A stretch of DNA of 64,000 nt, taken from Blepharisma stoltei ATCC 30299 (Eukaryota > Protista > Ciliophora). Made by a program: the position numbers and the translations under genes. The stretch spans positions 682,001 through 746,000 of the forward strand of contig CBFDEM010000002.1 in the NCBI GenBank assembly GCA_965603825.1, in the 5' to 3' direction. The number at the start of each line of letters is the position of its first letter. Position 1 is the stretch's first letter. This document shows positions 1-13,855 of the stretch, piece by piece. Under the pieces are notes generated by a model. That model did no database searches and was not told where the DNA came from. It saw nothing but the letters and a program-made list of their open reading frames with translations.

Positions 1-569
1 CATCCTCATGTTTACACTTTGAGTCGTTGAGGGATCTGCTCCACCAAAAATATAAATGCTCTGTGTGTAATTTAATACTCCTGCTTTACGAGGATAGCGT
101 AAAGATTGTAAAATTCGTTTTAATCTAAATGAATCTAAATCAATAATGCAAGCATGACAGCTTTCATTATGGAATTCATTCCAATCCAAAAGAGCTCATT
201 ATTAGAGATTTTAACTACAAATATCTCACTTCTTCCTATCTATCCACCAAAATCAACATTGATTTCTACTTGCTTAGAGTTTTCTATAATATATTGAATC
301 AGACAAGGCGATTCTTTTACGTGATTGACAGAATAAAGGAATTTAGAGTCATCGTAGGAGGATGGCGAAAAAGGCTTAGAAATCAAATCTGCAATCTTCG
401 TTCTAAGTTTTCCATAATACTCATTATATATACTTACATAATTTGAATAGGCAGTTTTTAATTCTTCATCTATTGTATTAAACTTATATATTTTTGATCG
501 GTTAGATAAGATGCTTTCATATTGCAGAAATCCCTTGTAAAAACTTTTCTCTATCAATTTGTGGGTCAC
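1..569 (-). pseudogene. Coiled-coil/Kelch-like family copy K1, frameshifted, runs off the left edge
   Basis: ORF 240..569 carries the family motifs FSP-S-YDDSKFLYS and LIQYIIENS. Downstream NNEL..., IIDLDSFRLKRIL and IYIFGG are recognisable across frame breaks. Confidence 0.75.
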
Positions 570-654
570 TTAAAACAATTCCATTTAAATGTGAATTCAT
601 AATATGAACTCTAAAAACCTTAATTATTCATATATCAATTTTTCTAAAATTATC

Positions 655-1846
655 TTATCTTTTGCCAGCTCTTGGAGGTGGTTGTTTTCCTCCTTTTTTT
701 AACTGTTCAGCCTTAGCTTTTTTCGCGCAAATCGGAATATGCATATTCCCAAAATATTCGCTAAACGATCTTCCACAATATGGACACTTAGTATGTTGGT
801 ACACAAAAAAATTATCCACAATAGCTAATATCATTTTATCATATGGTGATTTATAATCTCCAGACCCTGCAAGTCTAGTAGCTTTTAGCTGTTCACTCTG
901 CATTATCAATTTATTTCTAGGTGGTGAGGCTGACTTTCTAGCTTTGTTATAGGAAATGCTTTTTTCCTCTTCAAAGCTACTCCTATTGCTTCTCATGAGA
1001 CGCTCTACAATAGAAAGCGAAGGAATTTTTATCCCCAAAGTATTTACTTTTTCAATCACAAAATTTTGGCTTAAAATGTCATTTATAGAGGGTCTTTCGC
1101 TCATTTCTTTTTTCATGCACCAATCAACTATATACTTAAGCTCATTCGAGTAATAATCTCTAATAGGTGAGTGTCTTTCATTCTGAACTTTATAAGCATT
1201 TCCTTCAAATGGATGCTTAAGCTGGCAAAGGAAATATAAAACGTTCCCAAGAGCCCATATGTCGCTTTCTTTGGATGGGAGAACCCCTCTTCACATTTCT
1301 GGAGAATAGTAAAAAGGAGTCCCTCCCACAGATGATGTAGTTAGATACCTGGAAAGCCCGAAATCTCCAATCTTAACGTTGTTGTTTTTGTCTAGTAAAA
1401 TATTCTCTGGCTTTATGTCTCTATGGATATAGCCGTTTGAGTGCATGCATTCTAAGCCAAAGCAGATCTGAATAAAATATTTTCAGATTTCGCTTTCTGC
1501 AAAGGGTTGGCCAGTTTGAATCTGGTCAACTATTAGTTTAAGCAGATCAGTGGTTTTCACAGTAATCTATAATCATGTAAACTTTATTGTCTTGGTCAAT
1601 TCTCCTTTCTAAGTGGAGAAGGTATGGGTTATTCAGCTCAGAAAGAATTTTAATTTCTGTTTCCACATCTTTTCAGCTCTTAGCATCTCCATACTTCTTT
1701 ACAACAGTTTTCATTGCATAGATCTTATTGTCAGCTAAATAGCTATTACCAATCCTTCTAACTTTGTAGACAACTCCAAAGAATCCAAAGTTAATGTCAT
1801 CTACAACTTCAAATTCGTTTGTGATTTCTGCTGGAAAATGTAGCAT
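655..1846 (-). CDS. NEK/NIMA-like Ser/Thr kinase with a C-terminal C2HC zinc finger; one 15-nt intron and one apparent 1-nt insertion at ~1553
   Basis: Reading TGA as Trp from ATG 1846 gives [44 protein letters not shown] and SDIWALG, continuing into ORF 655..1116 with CPYCGRSF...HIPIC. The frame breaks at TGT GAA AAC C ACT GAT CTG. Confidence 0.85.
1735..1749 (-). other. 15-nt spliceosomal intron GTAATAGCTATTTAG
   Basis: Removing it restores the NEK-type [13 protein letters not shown]. It has GTAAT..TAG ends and A at position 10, as in heterotrich tiny introns. Confidence 0.8.
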
Positions 1847-3149
1847 AATTAATAAATCTTTATGCGAATTTTATTTTCACAAATCGAAAATATTAATTTA
1901 ATAATTATCAGCTTTCTAAAATTCTGAAACCCAAGCAGTTTATTTATGAAAAATGTGACAAAAATTTACTTTAATGCAAGCTGTTTTACTACTTTTTAAA
2001 CTTAGCCTTATCAAAAAGTAATAATTGAGGGATGAATTGGCTAGTATAATTAAAGAACTTGAAATATTTACCATGAAAGGCTTTATATTTAAGTCACAAA
2101 CTGCACTATTATCTTCAGAATAGCATTCATGCTCACCTGATTGAAACCTTGTAGGAACGCACATCCATTATAATGTCCTAATTGCGCATTTTGATTTTAT
2201 GCGTTTTAGCGGAATATTCGAAATTGGATTATTTAGCCCACTCTCATAAATCCAGCTGCGGCAGTGTATAATAAGTTCTGTATTTCCAGGAATGATAACC
2301 TTCGAAGCTTCAGAAGCAGCATTTGAAAGAATTGAAAACTATTTAAATATAAATATTATATGCAGGCATCCTTTTTGTCTGATTTTGTTTTTAAAAATAA
2401 AAGCCAAAAATGAAATTTCATGAACTATTTGCGCTATTTCCATCGGCCTATTTCTATTTACAAGTAATCAACTTTGGATAAGCTTGTAAATTATATACTG
2501 AATCCTTTAGTATAGAAGCTCGCTTCTGGTAGTGCACCAGCTAAAAGAAGTTCATGTCTTGCTGCACTCTTAATCAAAGGCTATTAATACGTGAAAATTT
2601 TGGGACTGCACTTGTTTTAAATTGGATGATTTCTATGTAATCCAAACTTGATAACTTATTAGGAAAATTATCTTATTATTTGGCAGGTTAGCAAAAAAGG
2701 CGTGCATTTTGTCTCATTTTAGATAATGTCCTCTTTTAGCTAAATATATTAATCGATCTAATTGCTGAGCGTTCTTTGCTTTTAAATGTAAATAATAATT
2801 TCTTTTTAATGGGGTTCTGGAAATTCTTTTTAATCGTAGCTAATTATAAATGAACACTTTGCTAGTATAAAGAGTATGGTTAATATTGATATTATACCTC
2901 TAGTCAAAGAAGCTAGAGAGTAAAAAATGAATGTTTGCTATCTGAACATTTCAATTAAGATTATTTACTTATACCACAAATATTGTAAAAGCTAAGCATA
3001 AAAATTCGTGATTTTTCTATTAAAATTCTTATTAAAGACAAAAGCTATGAAATGCTCAATCCCCATTGTATAGTTACAATTGCTCTCCCAATTTTTGTAA
3101 AACGCATTTAGACATCCAAAGTGCTTTAATGCCTAATAAATATTATCTA

Positions 3150-4171
3150 ATATCTAATCTAATTTCGCTTTCTCAAACATTATTCCAGCCTTCGAATAAA
3201 TAAATCCTTGAATTCCCAGCAATTAATAATTTATATAAATCTTTATCAGTCCTCATTTTAATTTCAGTAAAACTATCTAAATTGACATCATATTCAAAAA
3301 TATTTTCTTTACTTCAGTGTCATATTAACAAAACTCTTTGTTTAAAAAGTGCAACTGAACAATCCATTGATTGTTCTGGAATTGAAAGCAAAGTTTCTCA
3401 TCTATTTTTTGTTAAATCAAATCTTTGAACAATTGTTGATATAAAATAATTCCCAGTCGATGATGCTTCCTAATCCCCCAAATATATAAAGACATTGCTG
3501 GAAATACAAAATCCCTGCTTGGGAAATATTTTTTCCAGAGGGAAGAATTTTTTTAATTGTGTAAGAGTTTAAATTAATTATGAGAGTTATACCAGTGATT
3601 GGGTTCTCTTTTCCGTAGCAGAAAAGTTCGTTATTTGGAAGCTGGACTATGCAAGAAGCAGCAGCCAGTGCATTATAATCTTCAATGTTGAATTTAGAGT
3701 GCTGAAAATTTGTAATATTATAAAGTGATAGCTCAGCTTTATTTTTAAGCTCAAGATTTTTGTTGATTAAATAGAGAGTTTGGCTGTCTTCATAGACATA
3801 TGGAGAAAAATCATTGAGTATGAGGTTTTCGATTGCGGCATGAAGTCTTTTAGAGAAGCATTGATATTCATCTATATAAGCTGAATAAGATTTTTAATAG
3901 TCTCATTATTGTATAACAAAAATTCAAATTTTTTGTCATTTTGATAGTGACCAACTATATCATCAAACTCAGTTTTTAATTTTTCTTTGATTGTTTCTAA
4001 TTCTTCTATTTTAGTGCTTGGCTTTTGTGTTAAGTGGCTTAATGTATCATTATATAATGATATAGAGTTGAATTTCATATCAAAGGCCTCAATCTCAGTT
4101 AATGAGAGTTCAGCATAAGAAATATTAAATTTGGATTCAAATTCCTTACAAGAATTTTCGATATCTTGCAT
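3150..4171 (-). pseudogene. Kelch-like family copy K2, frameshifted
   Basis: ORF 3872..4171, then a shifted frame reading FSPYVYEDSQTLY...IVQLPNNELFCYG...LYIFGG. Further frameshifts follow; the 3' end is approximate. Confidence 0.8.
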
Positions 4172-5011
4172 TTTATTGTTTCTCTATTATTACTTTATAA
4201 TTTCAGCTTATAAAAATCAATATTATTATATTCAAAGAAAAATTATCGTAACAATGCAAAAATCTTATTAGAAGAGCATTTTAAAACTAATCTTAAAAGC
4301 TTGGACTCCTTGAATTCTTTTGAATTTAAATTAAATTCAAAGAATAAAAATTTACTTGAATTGTATCTATCTCCAAGAACCCCAAAATAAACTTTTCTCC
4401 TTCTTATAATTCTATTTAAAATTTAATAAATTAGCTAGATATCTCATATATCAGCTTCTAATTATTTATTATTTAAATAATATTAAAAGGACTTCTAAAC
4501 CTCATAAAATTGTAGATTAGTTAGTTCATATATTCTTTTCATTTTATTTTTTACTGTAGGATCTGATTACTAGGTAAAAGTCACTTTTTTTAAATATCAA
4601 CTCTCTAGCCTAATCTCTGTATAAGGAAAATCATATTTAGCACCTGATTCTTGTCAGTTCCTATAAGGCTACAATGTCACTTTCATTATTGAAGTTTCAC
4701 ATATTTACCATTAAAATTTAATTACTGCTATTTTTTGGTGCAAATGCAATTATAATCTCTTTGAGAGCTGATTAATTAAAGCTAGATCTAATTTCATATA
4801 TAGTTAAATCAATTATTATTAGTCATAAGAATAGGTGAAGCTTAATTCAACCATTGGGCCTTCAAATTTTTGGATTTCTTTTAATTCTTTTTTCTTCAAA
4901 TCGAATTCGTAATATAAAAGCATGCTTGGACCGGAATAAATATCATAAGCTCCTAAATATACTTTTTTCTTGCTTATAACTCTATATGACTGAGCAGTAA
5001 ATAAGCTTCCT

Positions 5012-5977
5012 TTAAATTCTCCAATTTTTGTCCAAACATATTCATTGTCATAATCGCTTTCTCACATGCATAATTCTCTGCTTAAAAGGAACTGCTGAGC
5101 TAGATGTAAAATCTTCACTTAAAAGAGGTAGCAAGGACCATTTATTTTTGATTAAATCAAATTTTCGATTGCAATTTTGTTCATCAGAAAAAGAGGGAAA
5201 TAGGTTCCAAGAAGCTGCGTTAATCGTAGGAACTGCCACCCCACCAAATATATAAACATTTTGCTGATAATAAAAGATTCCTGATCTGTGAAGATAGCTA
5301 GTAGATGGCAAAATTCGTTTTATTTTATATGAATTTAAATCAATTATGCAAACATAGCAAGCATCATCCTTATTTCCGATACAAAATAATTCGTTGTTGG
5401 GGAGTTGAACGACACTGACTTCATCATTGGTTAGTCTCTCAGATAAATCAATGTTTATTTTTTCTTGTTGAGATTTTTCTATGTCGTATACAACAAGTTC
5501 AGTTTTATCCATTTGACTGCTCATAGAATAAAGGTATTTTGGGTCTTGATAGATATATGGAGAAAAAGACTCAGAAATTAGACCTTCTATTACCTCTCTA
5601 AGTATGCTAGAAAATTGAGTATACACTTCAACATATTTCAAATAAGCATTCATAGCTTCATTATCTGTTTGCAATAAATCTATGAATATTTGATTATTTT
5701 GATAAGAAGAACTTATATTTTTGAATTCTTTTTCTACTTCTTCTTTAATTTTTTCTAATTTTTCTATTATTGGATTTTTATCCTCATAAAATTGAAGTTT
5801 GATTGAGCTTTGTGGTTTTTTATTGACTTCATTTAGAGAAAGTTCAGTCGATAAGATATAATCAGTATTACTTCTTAATCATTCTACTGTTTTTCTTTTC
5901 TGCTTCACATTCTTTGTTTTAAAATTTCAATCATGAGAATTGCTTCTCTTTGCCATAACTGCCTCAAGGTTTCCCAT
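5012..5977 (-). CDS. Kelch-like family copy K3 (~321 aa); last blade lies in the +1 frame (4819..5067)
   Basis: ATG 5977 is in frame with ORF 5048..5674 through two TGA=Trp codons. Motifs QLPNNELFCIG, VYIFGG and RKFDLIKNKW. Confidence 0.75.
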
Positions 5978-6149
5978 TTATAAAAAGAATGCAATAAAAT
6001 CTGAAATTAATTAATTGTTTAGAAAATTCAACTTGACTGCCGTTTAAATAAGTATTATCAAATGAAAGTCGGTGAAACTATAATGCACTAAAAAGCCCAA
6101 TTCTTTTAAGGCAATTAATGCTAATTTCAAAAAATATAAATTAATCATA

Positions 6150-7238
6150 TGAATATCTGAAAGCTAAACTAACTCTGGGCCTTCAAAATTTTGAATATCC
6201 TTAAGTTTCTTTCTTTTCAAATTGAACTAGTAATACAAAAATTGGGTTGGATCGGAATAATTGTCATATACTCCAAAGTGACCCTATTCTTGCTTTATTT
6301 AAAAACTCAAGCGCTGATAGCAAAATTTTCTGTTTAAAAGACACTGCTGAGCAGCCTGTAAAACTTCTTATTGGTGCTGAAGGTAGCACAGTCCATTTAT
6401 TGTTGACTAAATCAAACTTCCGATTACAAATTTCATTAGGATTATGAGAACCGAGAATGAAAGGCTTTGAAGTTAAGCCAAACTGAGGTATTATGACTCC
6501 GCCAAACATGTAAACGTTTTGCTGATAGTAAAAGATTCCAGAATTTCGAAAATATGTAGTGGTGGTAAAATTCGTTTTACCTTATACGAAGTTAAATCTA
6601 AAATGCAGGCATGGCAAGCGGTTCCTTTATTACCTACAAAATAACTCATTATTGGGAAGTTGAACGACGCTGATTTCATCATTAGTAAGCTTCTCGTATA
6701 AATCAATGTTTATTTTAGTTTGTTGGGATTTTTCTATATCGTATGCAGCAAGTTCAGCTTGATCATTTTGAGTATATATTGAATATAAAATTTTAGAGCT
6801 TTGATAGACGTATGGGGAAAAAGACTCAAAAACTAGATTTTCTATAGTTTCTCTAAGTCTATTTGAAAAATTAGTGTAAACTTCAGTATATTTCAAATAA
6901 GCATTCATAGCTTCGCTATTTGCTTGCAATAACTTTATGAATTCTTGATTATTCTGATAGGAAGAGTTTATATTTTCAAATTCAGTTTCTACTTCTTCTT
7001 TAATTTTTTCTAATTCTTTTATTATTGGAGTTTTATCCTCATAAAATTTAAGCTTGATTGGGCGTTTGGTTTCTTTGCCCATTTCATTTAAAGCAGGCTC
7101 AATGGATAAGATATGTTCAGTTTTACTTATTAACGATTCTATTGGAGTTAAATCTTGCTCAATATGTTTTACTCTTGGATCTATTTGGCTAAGTTGGTCT
7201 TTGCTTCTATTCCTCTTAACTGTTCCGAAAAAATTCAT
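6150..7238 (-). pseudogene. Kelch-like family copy K4, several frameshifts
   Basis: ORFs 6630..7238, 6491..6706 and 6264..6509 are consecutive pieces of one family member. Confidence 0.8.
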
Positions 7239-8216
7239 AATTTATCATTGACACGAACTATAAAAGTAATATTAATATTGTTTATCCTGAATATTTATAT
7301 TGATTCTCATCACAAAGCCTTAGTGCTGCCAATCTAGCTAGGGAATTCATTTGTCACTTTTTGGATAGCAAGCTTTTTTAGTTGATTTCTATTGAATATT
7401 TGTTAAACTTGACTGCTAGTTTTAGCCCAGAAAAGGCACATAAAATTCCCAAGTTGGTAGTAAGGCATTTTACGAGCAATATGAGTATTCCACCTATATT
7501 TAATAATGTTTTAAGAAGTTTTCAGGCGATAAATAACGAGATATAAAGTTAAAAATTAAATTGAATTTTCAGCTTAATGAAGCTAAATATCACTGGGTTC
7601 GTAACTATAATATTATCGATACTAAGCATACACGAATTTTTAATTTTTATATTTTATAATAATGAGTAAACTAAAAGATGATAAGCTAATAATGCATAAA
7701 TACTTTTATAGCTCACCATTAAAAATGCAGACTGAATTTGCTAGCTTTATTTCAAGATAACAATCAGTTAAGCGCTATTAATCATAATCATATTCAAAAT
7801 TTTTTCTATTTCTTGGCATATTTTTTGGTTATTTTTTTAATGCTAAAAATTTTATGATATAATTTCAGTTATAAATAATAGGACAAAAATGTTGTTGTGT
7901 TATAAGCATAATGTGAAGTTACGAGATGCATCACTATATATGCATGAATTTTAAAGCCTTAATAATAAAAATATTATTATATTAACGGCTATACAAATAA
8001 ATACTAAAAGTCTAAAATATTAATTATTTTATATAGTTAAACAATTAGGCTAGCTTGCTAATCTCATAATATATATGTTTAATTTTAGACGCAATATTAA
8101 TTAAGTCCTATTAATCATACTCATACTCAAAATGTTAGAACAAAAAAAGGGAAAACCAGCAATAGCAGACATTCCGGACAAATTAAAAGTGCAAAAGTCT
8201 CTAGATAGTTGAATTC

Positions 8217-9442
8217 TTAAAAAAAACCCATAAGGGTTTGCTGAGAGCATTTGTGTGCTCTCTGAATAATTGATGATATAACCCTATACGGTTGAGCACT
8301 AAAAAAATCTCTGCTAAATTTACTGATCCGACTCCAAGCATACTCATTACCATATTCGCTTTCCCATAAGCTCCCTCAAGCCTCTAATAAATAAACCCTT
8401 GAGTTTCCAGCGAACAATAGCTTTTCTGTGGGCTTCAGGATTAATTCAATTTTATTGAAATTTTCTAAGTTTATCTCGTACTCATAAACACAATCCTGGC
8501 ATTCTTGTCCTACAACAAGAATTTTATTCTTGAATGGCACTACTGAACAAAAAGTTATTGAATCAGGTACTGAAAGTAACGAAACCCATTTATTTGGGGT
8601 TAAATCAAATCTTTTATTCGAATTTTCTTTTTTGTATGAAGAAGATAAATGAGCTCTCAAGGAGGAAGTAGTAAGAATTATTGGTGAGAGCCCACCTATG
8701 ATGTAAACACTACCCTGATAGTATAAAATTCCCGATTTTTGGGGATAACTTGTAGACGGTAAAGTTCGCTTGATTTGATATGAATACAAGTCAATAGTTC
8801 AGGCGTTGCAACTGTCTCTGTTGAAGTTCCCAAAACAAAATAGTTCATTGTTAGGAAGTTGAACTACGCTGACTTCGTCATTAGTTAGTGGCTTAGGCAG
8901 ATTAATATTGACTTTTGTTTGCTGAGACTTTTCTATGTTATATTGAATAAATTCAATCGGATATGCGTGGCTGTTGACAAAATAAAGAATTTTAGAATCT
9001 TCATATGAATGTGGAGAAAAAGATTCGGCTATCAGGTGTTTTATTGTTTTTCTAAGATTTATAGAAATTTGCTGTAGGTTTCTGTATACTTTAAATAAAC
9101 ATTGCTAATTTCTTCGTCTGCTTTTAGTAATTGTATGAAATTTATATCATTTTGATAAGAAGCATTTATATTTTGAAACTCAGCATCTAAGACTTCTTTG
9201 AGGTTTTCTAATTCTTCGATTTTAGAATCATTATCCTCATAAAATTTAAGTTTAATTGGTCAATTTGCCTTTTTATCCTCCTTTCTTAAAGTTAAATAGC
9301 ATGATGATATATGATCGATTTTTGCTTTAAGTGATTTTAGTACATTTGATTTGAGTTCAATATTTGTTTCTTTAGATCCTCTTGGATTTATTAAAATATC
9401 CTGAGAATTGATTCTCTTATCAATTTCACTGGGATTCCTCAT
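8217..9442 (-). pseudogene. Kelch-like family copy K5; 1-nt deletion at ~9068 and truncated tail; keeps the blade missing from K3/K10/K13/K14
   Basis: ORF 9260..9442 continues through TGA. TTTCT here versus TTCTCT in the paralog at 15660. ORF 8376..8789 continues as WGSLWESEYGNEYAW. Confidence 0.8.
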
Positions 9443-9479
9443 ATTTACTATGATAGAATAATTGCATTAGCAATGAAGT

Positions 9480-9970
9480 TTAATATGAAAATTAAATCAA
9501 ATTGAATGCAATAATTTATCTGAAAATAAACTCTTCTCCTATTCTCAACTCTATAAATTGTTCGTTTGGCAATGCATTTATAATGAATCTGTTTATTTAA
9601 CAAATATTTGCTATCGGGCACGCTTTCCCATATACTAATTCATGCTTCCAATAAATAAACTCGAATTTCTAGTATTCTGGTTTTGCAAAATTTCTAAAAC
9701 TATGTCGTATACATATATAAACTTTTACAATCATTTCCTATTTCCTGTAATAATGGCTTTGAAAAAGGCACTGGAGAGCATAAAGTCAATAAAATTGGAA
9801 CGGTTGCAGAAATGCTTATGCTAAAAATAATAATTTCTTTATGTTTCAAGAAATGTAGCTTGGCTCTAAAAGTTTATAATGTTTTGGAAATGTTTAAGAA
9901 TTGATAATATAAATAATTTCCTTTTAACTTTGAATTGAAAGAAAATGTTTTTAAATTTCTATTTTTTGGT
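9480..9970 (-). repeat. Degenerate Kelch C-terminal relic plus flank, near-identical to 16050..16655
   Basis: Long shared stretches, e.g. ctatcggg..cgctttcccatatactaa...ggcactggagagcataaagtcaataaaattggaacggttgcagaaatgc. Related to the C-terminus of K16. Confidence 0.8.
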
Positions 9971-10027
9971 AAAACCAGAATATTTTCACAAATATAATTA
10001 AATTTTATTTTTAGAAATAAAGAGTTA

Positions 10028-10861
10028 TTAATCGTATTCATAATAATGACTTAATTGAACGACTGGACCTTCAAAGTTTTGGATTTCCTTTAATTCTTTT
10101 TTCTTCAAATTGAACTCGTAATATAAAAACATGCTTGGATAGGAATAGATGTCATAAACTCCCAATATACTATATCAAGTAGGTGGTAAAATTCGCTTGA
10201 TTTCATATGAATTTAAATCAATTATGAAAGCATAACCAAGATTCTTCTTTTTTCCGATACAAAATAGCTCATTGTTGGGGAGTTGAACAACGTTGACTTC
10301 ATCATTGGTTGAAAACTCAGATAAACAAATGTTTATTTTTTCTTGTTGAGACTTTTCTATATCATATACAACAAGTTCAGTTTTATTCATTTGACTGCTC
10401 ATAGAATAAAGAAATTTTGGGTCTTGATAAATATATGGAGAAGATGATTCAGAAATTAGAGCTTCTATTGAATCTTTAAGTTTACTAGAAAAATTAGCAT
10501 ACACTTCAACATATTTCAAATAAGCACTTATAGCTTCCTCATTTGCTTGCAGTAAATCTATTAATATTGGATCATTTTGATAAGAAGAACTTGTATTTTT
10601 AAATTCTTTGTCTACTTCTTCTTTAAGTTTTTCTAATTTTTCAATAATTGGATTTTTGTCCTCGTAAAATTGAATTTTGAGAGAGTTTTTGGCTTTTTGG
10701 TTTACTTCATTTAGTGCAAGCTCAATCGATAAGATATGATCAGTTTTTTTTCTTAATGCTTTTATTTGGTTTTTTGTTTGCTTGATATTCTTTCCTTTAA
10801 TATCTGAATTAGCAGCTTGATTATCGCTTCTCTTTATATCAACTGTCCCAATATTTTCCAT
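10028..10861 (-). CDS. Kelch-like family copy K7 (~277 aa) with a large in-frame internal deletion
   Basis: MENIG start at 10861. ILPPT-W(TGA)-YSILGVYDIYSYPSMFLYYEFNLKKKE joins the first blade directly to the last one. TAA at 10028. Confidence 0.65.
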
Positions 10862-10981
10862 TATTAACAGAATATAATAAAATCTGAAATTAATTAATTT
10901 CATATTTTTGTACTTTAGAAATTAAGAAATATCAATTTTGATTACGTTTAAATAAACTATAAAATACTCTAGTATAAATTT

Positions 10982-11644
10982 TTATAGTTGCTTATTTAAA
11001 TCAATTATGAAAGCATAGCCAAGATCATTTGCTTTTCCGATACAAAATAGCTCTTTGTTGGGGAGTTGCACAACATTGACTTCATCATTGGTTAGTACCT
11101 CAGGTAAATAAATGCTTGCATTTGCTTGTTGAGACTTTTCTATGTCGTATACAACAAGTTCAATTTTATACATTTGACTGCTCATAGAATAAAGGTATTT
11201 TGGGTCTTGATAGATATATGGAGAAAAAGACTCAGAAATTAGAGCTTCTATTGAATCTTTAAGTCTACTAGAAAAACTAGCATACACTTCAACATATTCC
11301 AAATAGGCATTCATAGCTTCCTCATTTGCTTGCAGTAAATCTATTAATATTGAATCATTTTGATAGAAAGAACTTGTATTTTTAAATTCTTTTTCTAATT
11401 CTTCTTTAAGTTTTTCTAATTCTTCAATAATTGGATTTTTGTCCTCGTAAAATTGAATTTTGAGAGAGTTTTTGGCTTTTTGGTTTACTTCATTTAGTGC
11501 AAGCTCAATCGATAAGATATGATCAGTTTTTTTTCTTAATGCTTTTATTTGGTTTTTTGTTTGCTTGATATTCTTTCCTTTAATATCTGAATTAGCAGCT
11601 TGATTATCGCTTCTCTTTATATCGACTGTCTCAATATTTTCCAT
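10982..11644 (-). pseudogene. Kelch-like family copy K8, C-terminally truncated tandem duplicate of K7
   Basis: Near-identical to K7 and breaks after IIDLN into the upstream flank of K7. Confidence 0.75.
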
Positions 11645-12249
11645 TATTAACAGAATATAATAAAATCTGAAATTAATTAATTTCATATTTTTATGTTTGA
11701 GGAATTAAAACATTTCAATTTTGATTACGTTTAAATAAACTATAAAAAGCCCCAGTATAATTTTAATTAGCTTAAACTTTTTGTATAGAGCTGTTTTTGG
11801 TTTCATCTAGCGATGCTAACTCATTTGAAACTTTTCTTTATTGCTGCTGCATGACTCTGAGTTGATTTAAGCTATTTTAATAATTGAGTGTGAAGTATTG
11901 TGCAGTATGGTTTCTTTTATAATTGTAAAGTGTGAGATGAATTTATGATGTGAAATTGTAGTTTAATGTATTCCTTAAGGATTGTTATGTATTATCTTGC
12001 CATACTAATGTGATAATAATCTATAGGTATTCTAATAAAATTTATATGATGGGAAAGTGTAAAAATTTTGTACCATGAAATTATTTAGTGCTATTTTTAA
12101 GGTTTATTTTGGATATACATAAAATGACTATTTTTCATTCTGACGTGGTATTTTGGTTCAAAGAACTCCTAAAGATTAACTTTGCCTCAAGGTGAGTGGC
12201 CCATGACTATTCCGCTAAATATTTCCTTTGACTTAAGTTTTGTAAGAAT

Positions 12250-13040
12250 TATTAGTCATAAGAATAATCGAAACTTATTTGAGCACTTAAGCTTTCGAAA
12301 CTTTGAATTTCATTTAATTTTTATCTCCACACTGAACTCAAAATATAAAACTTACTTGCAGAATTGATGTCAGAAACTCTGAAAGATACATTTTTCTTAC
12401 TTATACTTATATATAACAATCTAAATTTAGATACTATTTTAATAATCATAATAATAAGGCAAAATTCAAATCTTGCAAACTATAAATAGGGATATAAATT
12501 TATATGAGCAGTAAATAAGCTTCCGCTAAACTTAAAATTTGTTTTAAAATATATATTCGCTTTCTCCTTAGAAAATAAAGAGTTATTAATCTTATTCTCA
12601 AAATGACTTAATTCAATGCTCGGGCCTTTAAATTTTTGGATCCTTTTAATTCTTTTTTCTTCAAATTGAACTCGTAATATAAAAACATGCTTGGATAAGA
12701 ATAAATGTCATAAACTCCTAAATATACTTTATTTTTGCTTATAATTCTATACGGCGAGCAGAAATATTTTTTAAATCTCTTTTTTTCCAAACGATATTCT
12801 TGCTAATCCTTCTACATAATATATTTTAGAAGAATTATCTTCGTAGAATTGAATTTTAAAGGAATTGCTGGGCTTTTGTGTTAAGTTGCTTAATGTATCA
12901 TTATATAATGATATACAGTTGAATTTCATATTAAAGGCTAAATCTCAGTTAATGGCAATTCAGCATAAGAAATATTAAACTTGGATTCAAATGCCTTACA
13001 AACATTTTCGATGTCTTGCATTTTATTGGCTTTTTCCATT
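12250..13040 (-). pseudogene. Mosaic of Kelch-family relics: two C-terminal pieces and a K2-like N-terminus
   Basis: 12608..12790 reads VYLGVYDIYSYPSMFLYYEFNLKKKE. 12860..13040 matches 4010..4190. 12250..12470 matches 25110..25325. Confidence 0.7.
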
Positions 13041-13109
13041 ATTACTTTATAACGTCAGCATTTAAAATTAATATTATACTCAAAGAAAAATTATCGTAAT
13101 AAAAATATT

Positions 13110-13430
13110 ATTGAGTTTCCGACCTTGGATTTAATGGACCAAGAAGGGAAATCAGTCCTCTATGACGGAATCAATGCAGGGATTGAACAGTTCTATTCTT
13201 TCCGATCAGAAAACTCTACATTTTTAGGACAAGAAGATATTCGTCATAAATGGATAATTGCTATTTGTAATAGTGATGATATTGGTAGCCAAATTTCTTT
13301 TGCTGAGATTTCTAAAAAGATTAATGATTTTTTTTATAAATTCTGACCCATCCCCACACTTTCAGCTTGAATCCTTGAAGAACTACAGCATCAGAGCATA
13401 TTTCTTTCAGCTTATTCACAAACTGAGATA
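13110..13430 (+). pseudogene. Isolated fragment of a probable VWA-domain gene
   Basis: EGKSVLYDGINAG...WIIAICNSDDIGS resembles the VWA pattern GxTxLYDAI...WIxxLTDGxDxxS. No start codon; frameshift after ~13340. Confidence 0.45.
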
Positions 13431-13855
13431 AGACGTGCATTTCAAAGGATTGACGCTATAATCTGCCCATTCAAACTATTTTGGTTAATTAATTCTATTT
13501 CATAAGTACAATAATATTGAAATTTAGCATATTTACATAAAAATAGATTACTGTTATTATATAGAAAAAAGACAAAAATTATCTCTTTTGAGAGCTGATT
13601 GATTAAAACCAGAATGCTTTTACAAATATAATTAAATTTTAATCTAAGAAAATAAAGAGTTATTAATCGTATATATAAAAATGATTTAATTTGACGCTTG
13701 GGCCTTCAAATTTCTGGATTTCCCTTAATTCCTTTTTCTTCAAATTGAACTCGTAATATAAAAACTTGCTTGGATTTGAATAGATGTCATAAACTCCCAA
13801 ATATACTTTATTTTTGCTTATAATCCTATATGGCTGAGTAGTAAATAAGCTTCCT

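Noticed and set aside
1940-2164. 74-aa ORF
   Set aside because: No ATG start, motif or paralog support.
10862-10903. MKLINFRFYYILLI extensions of K7/K8 as signal peptides
   Set aside because: Paralogs K12-K14 lack the upstream ATG and start at MENI.
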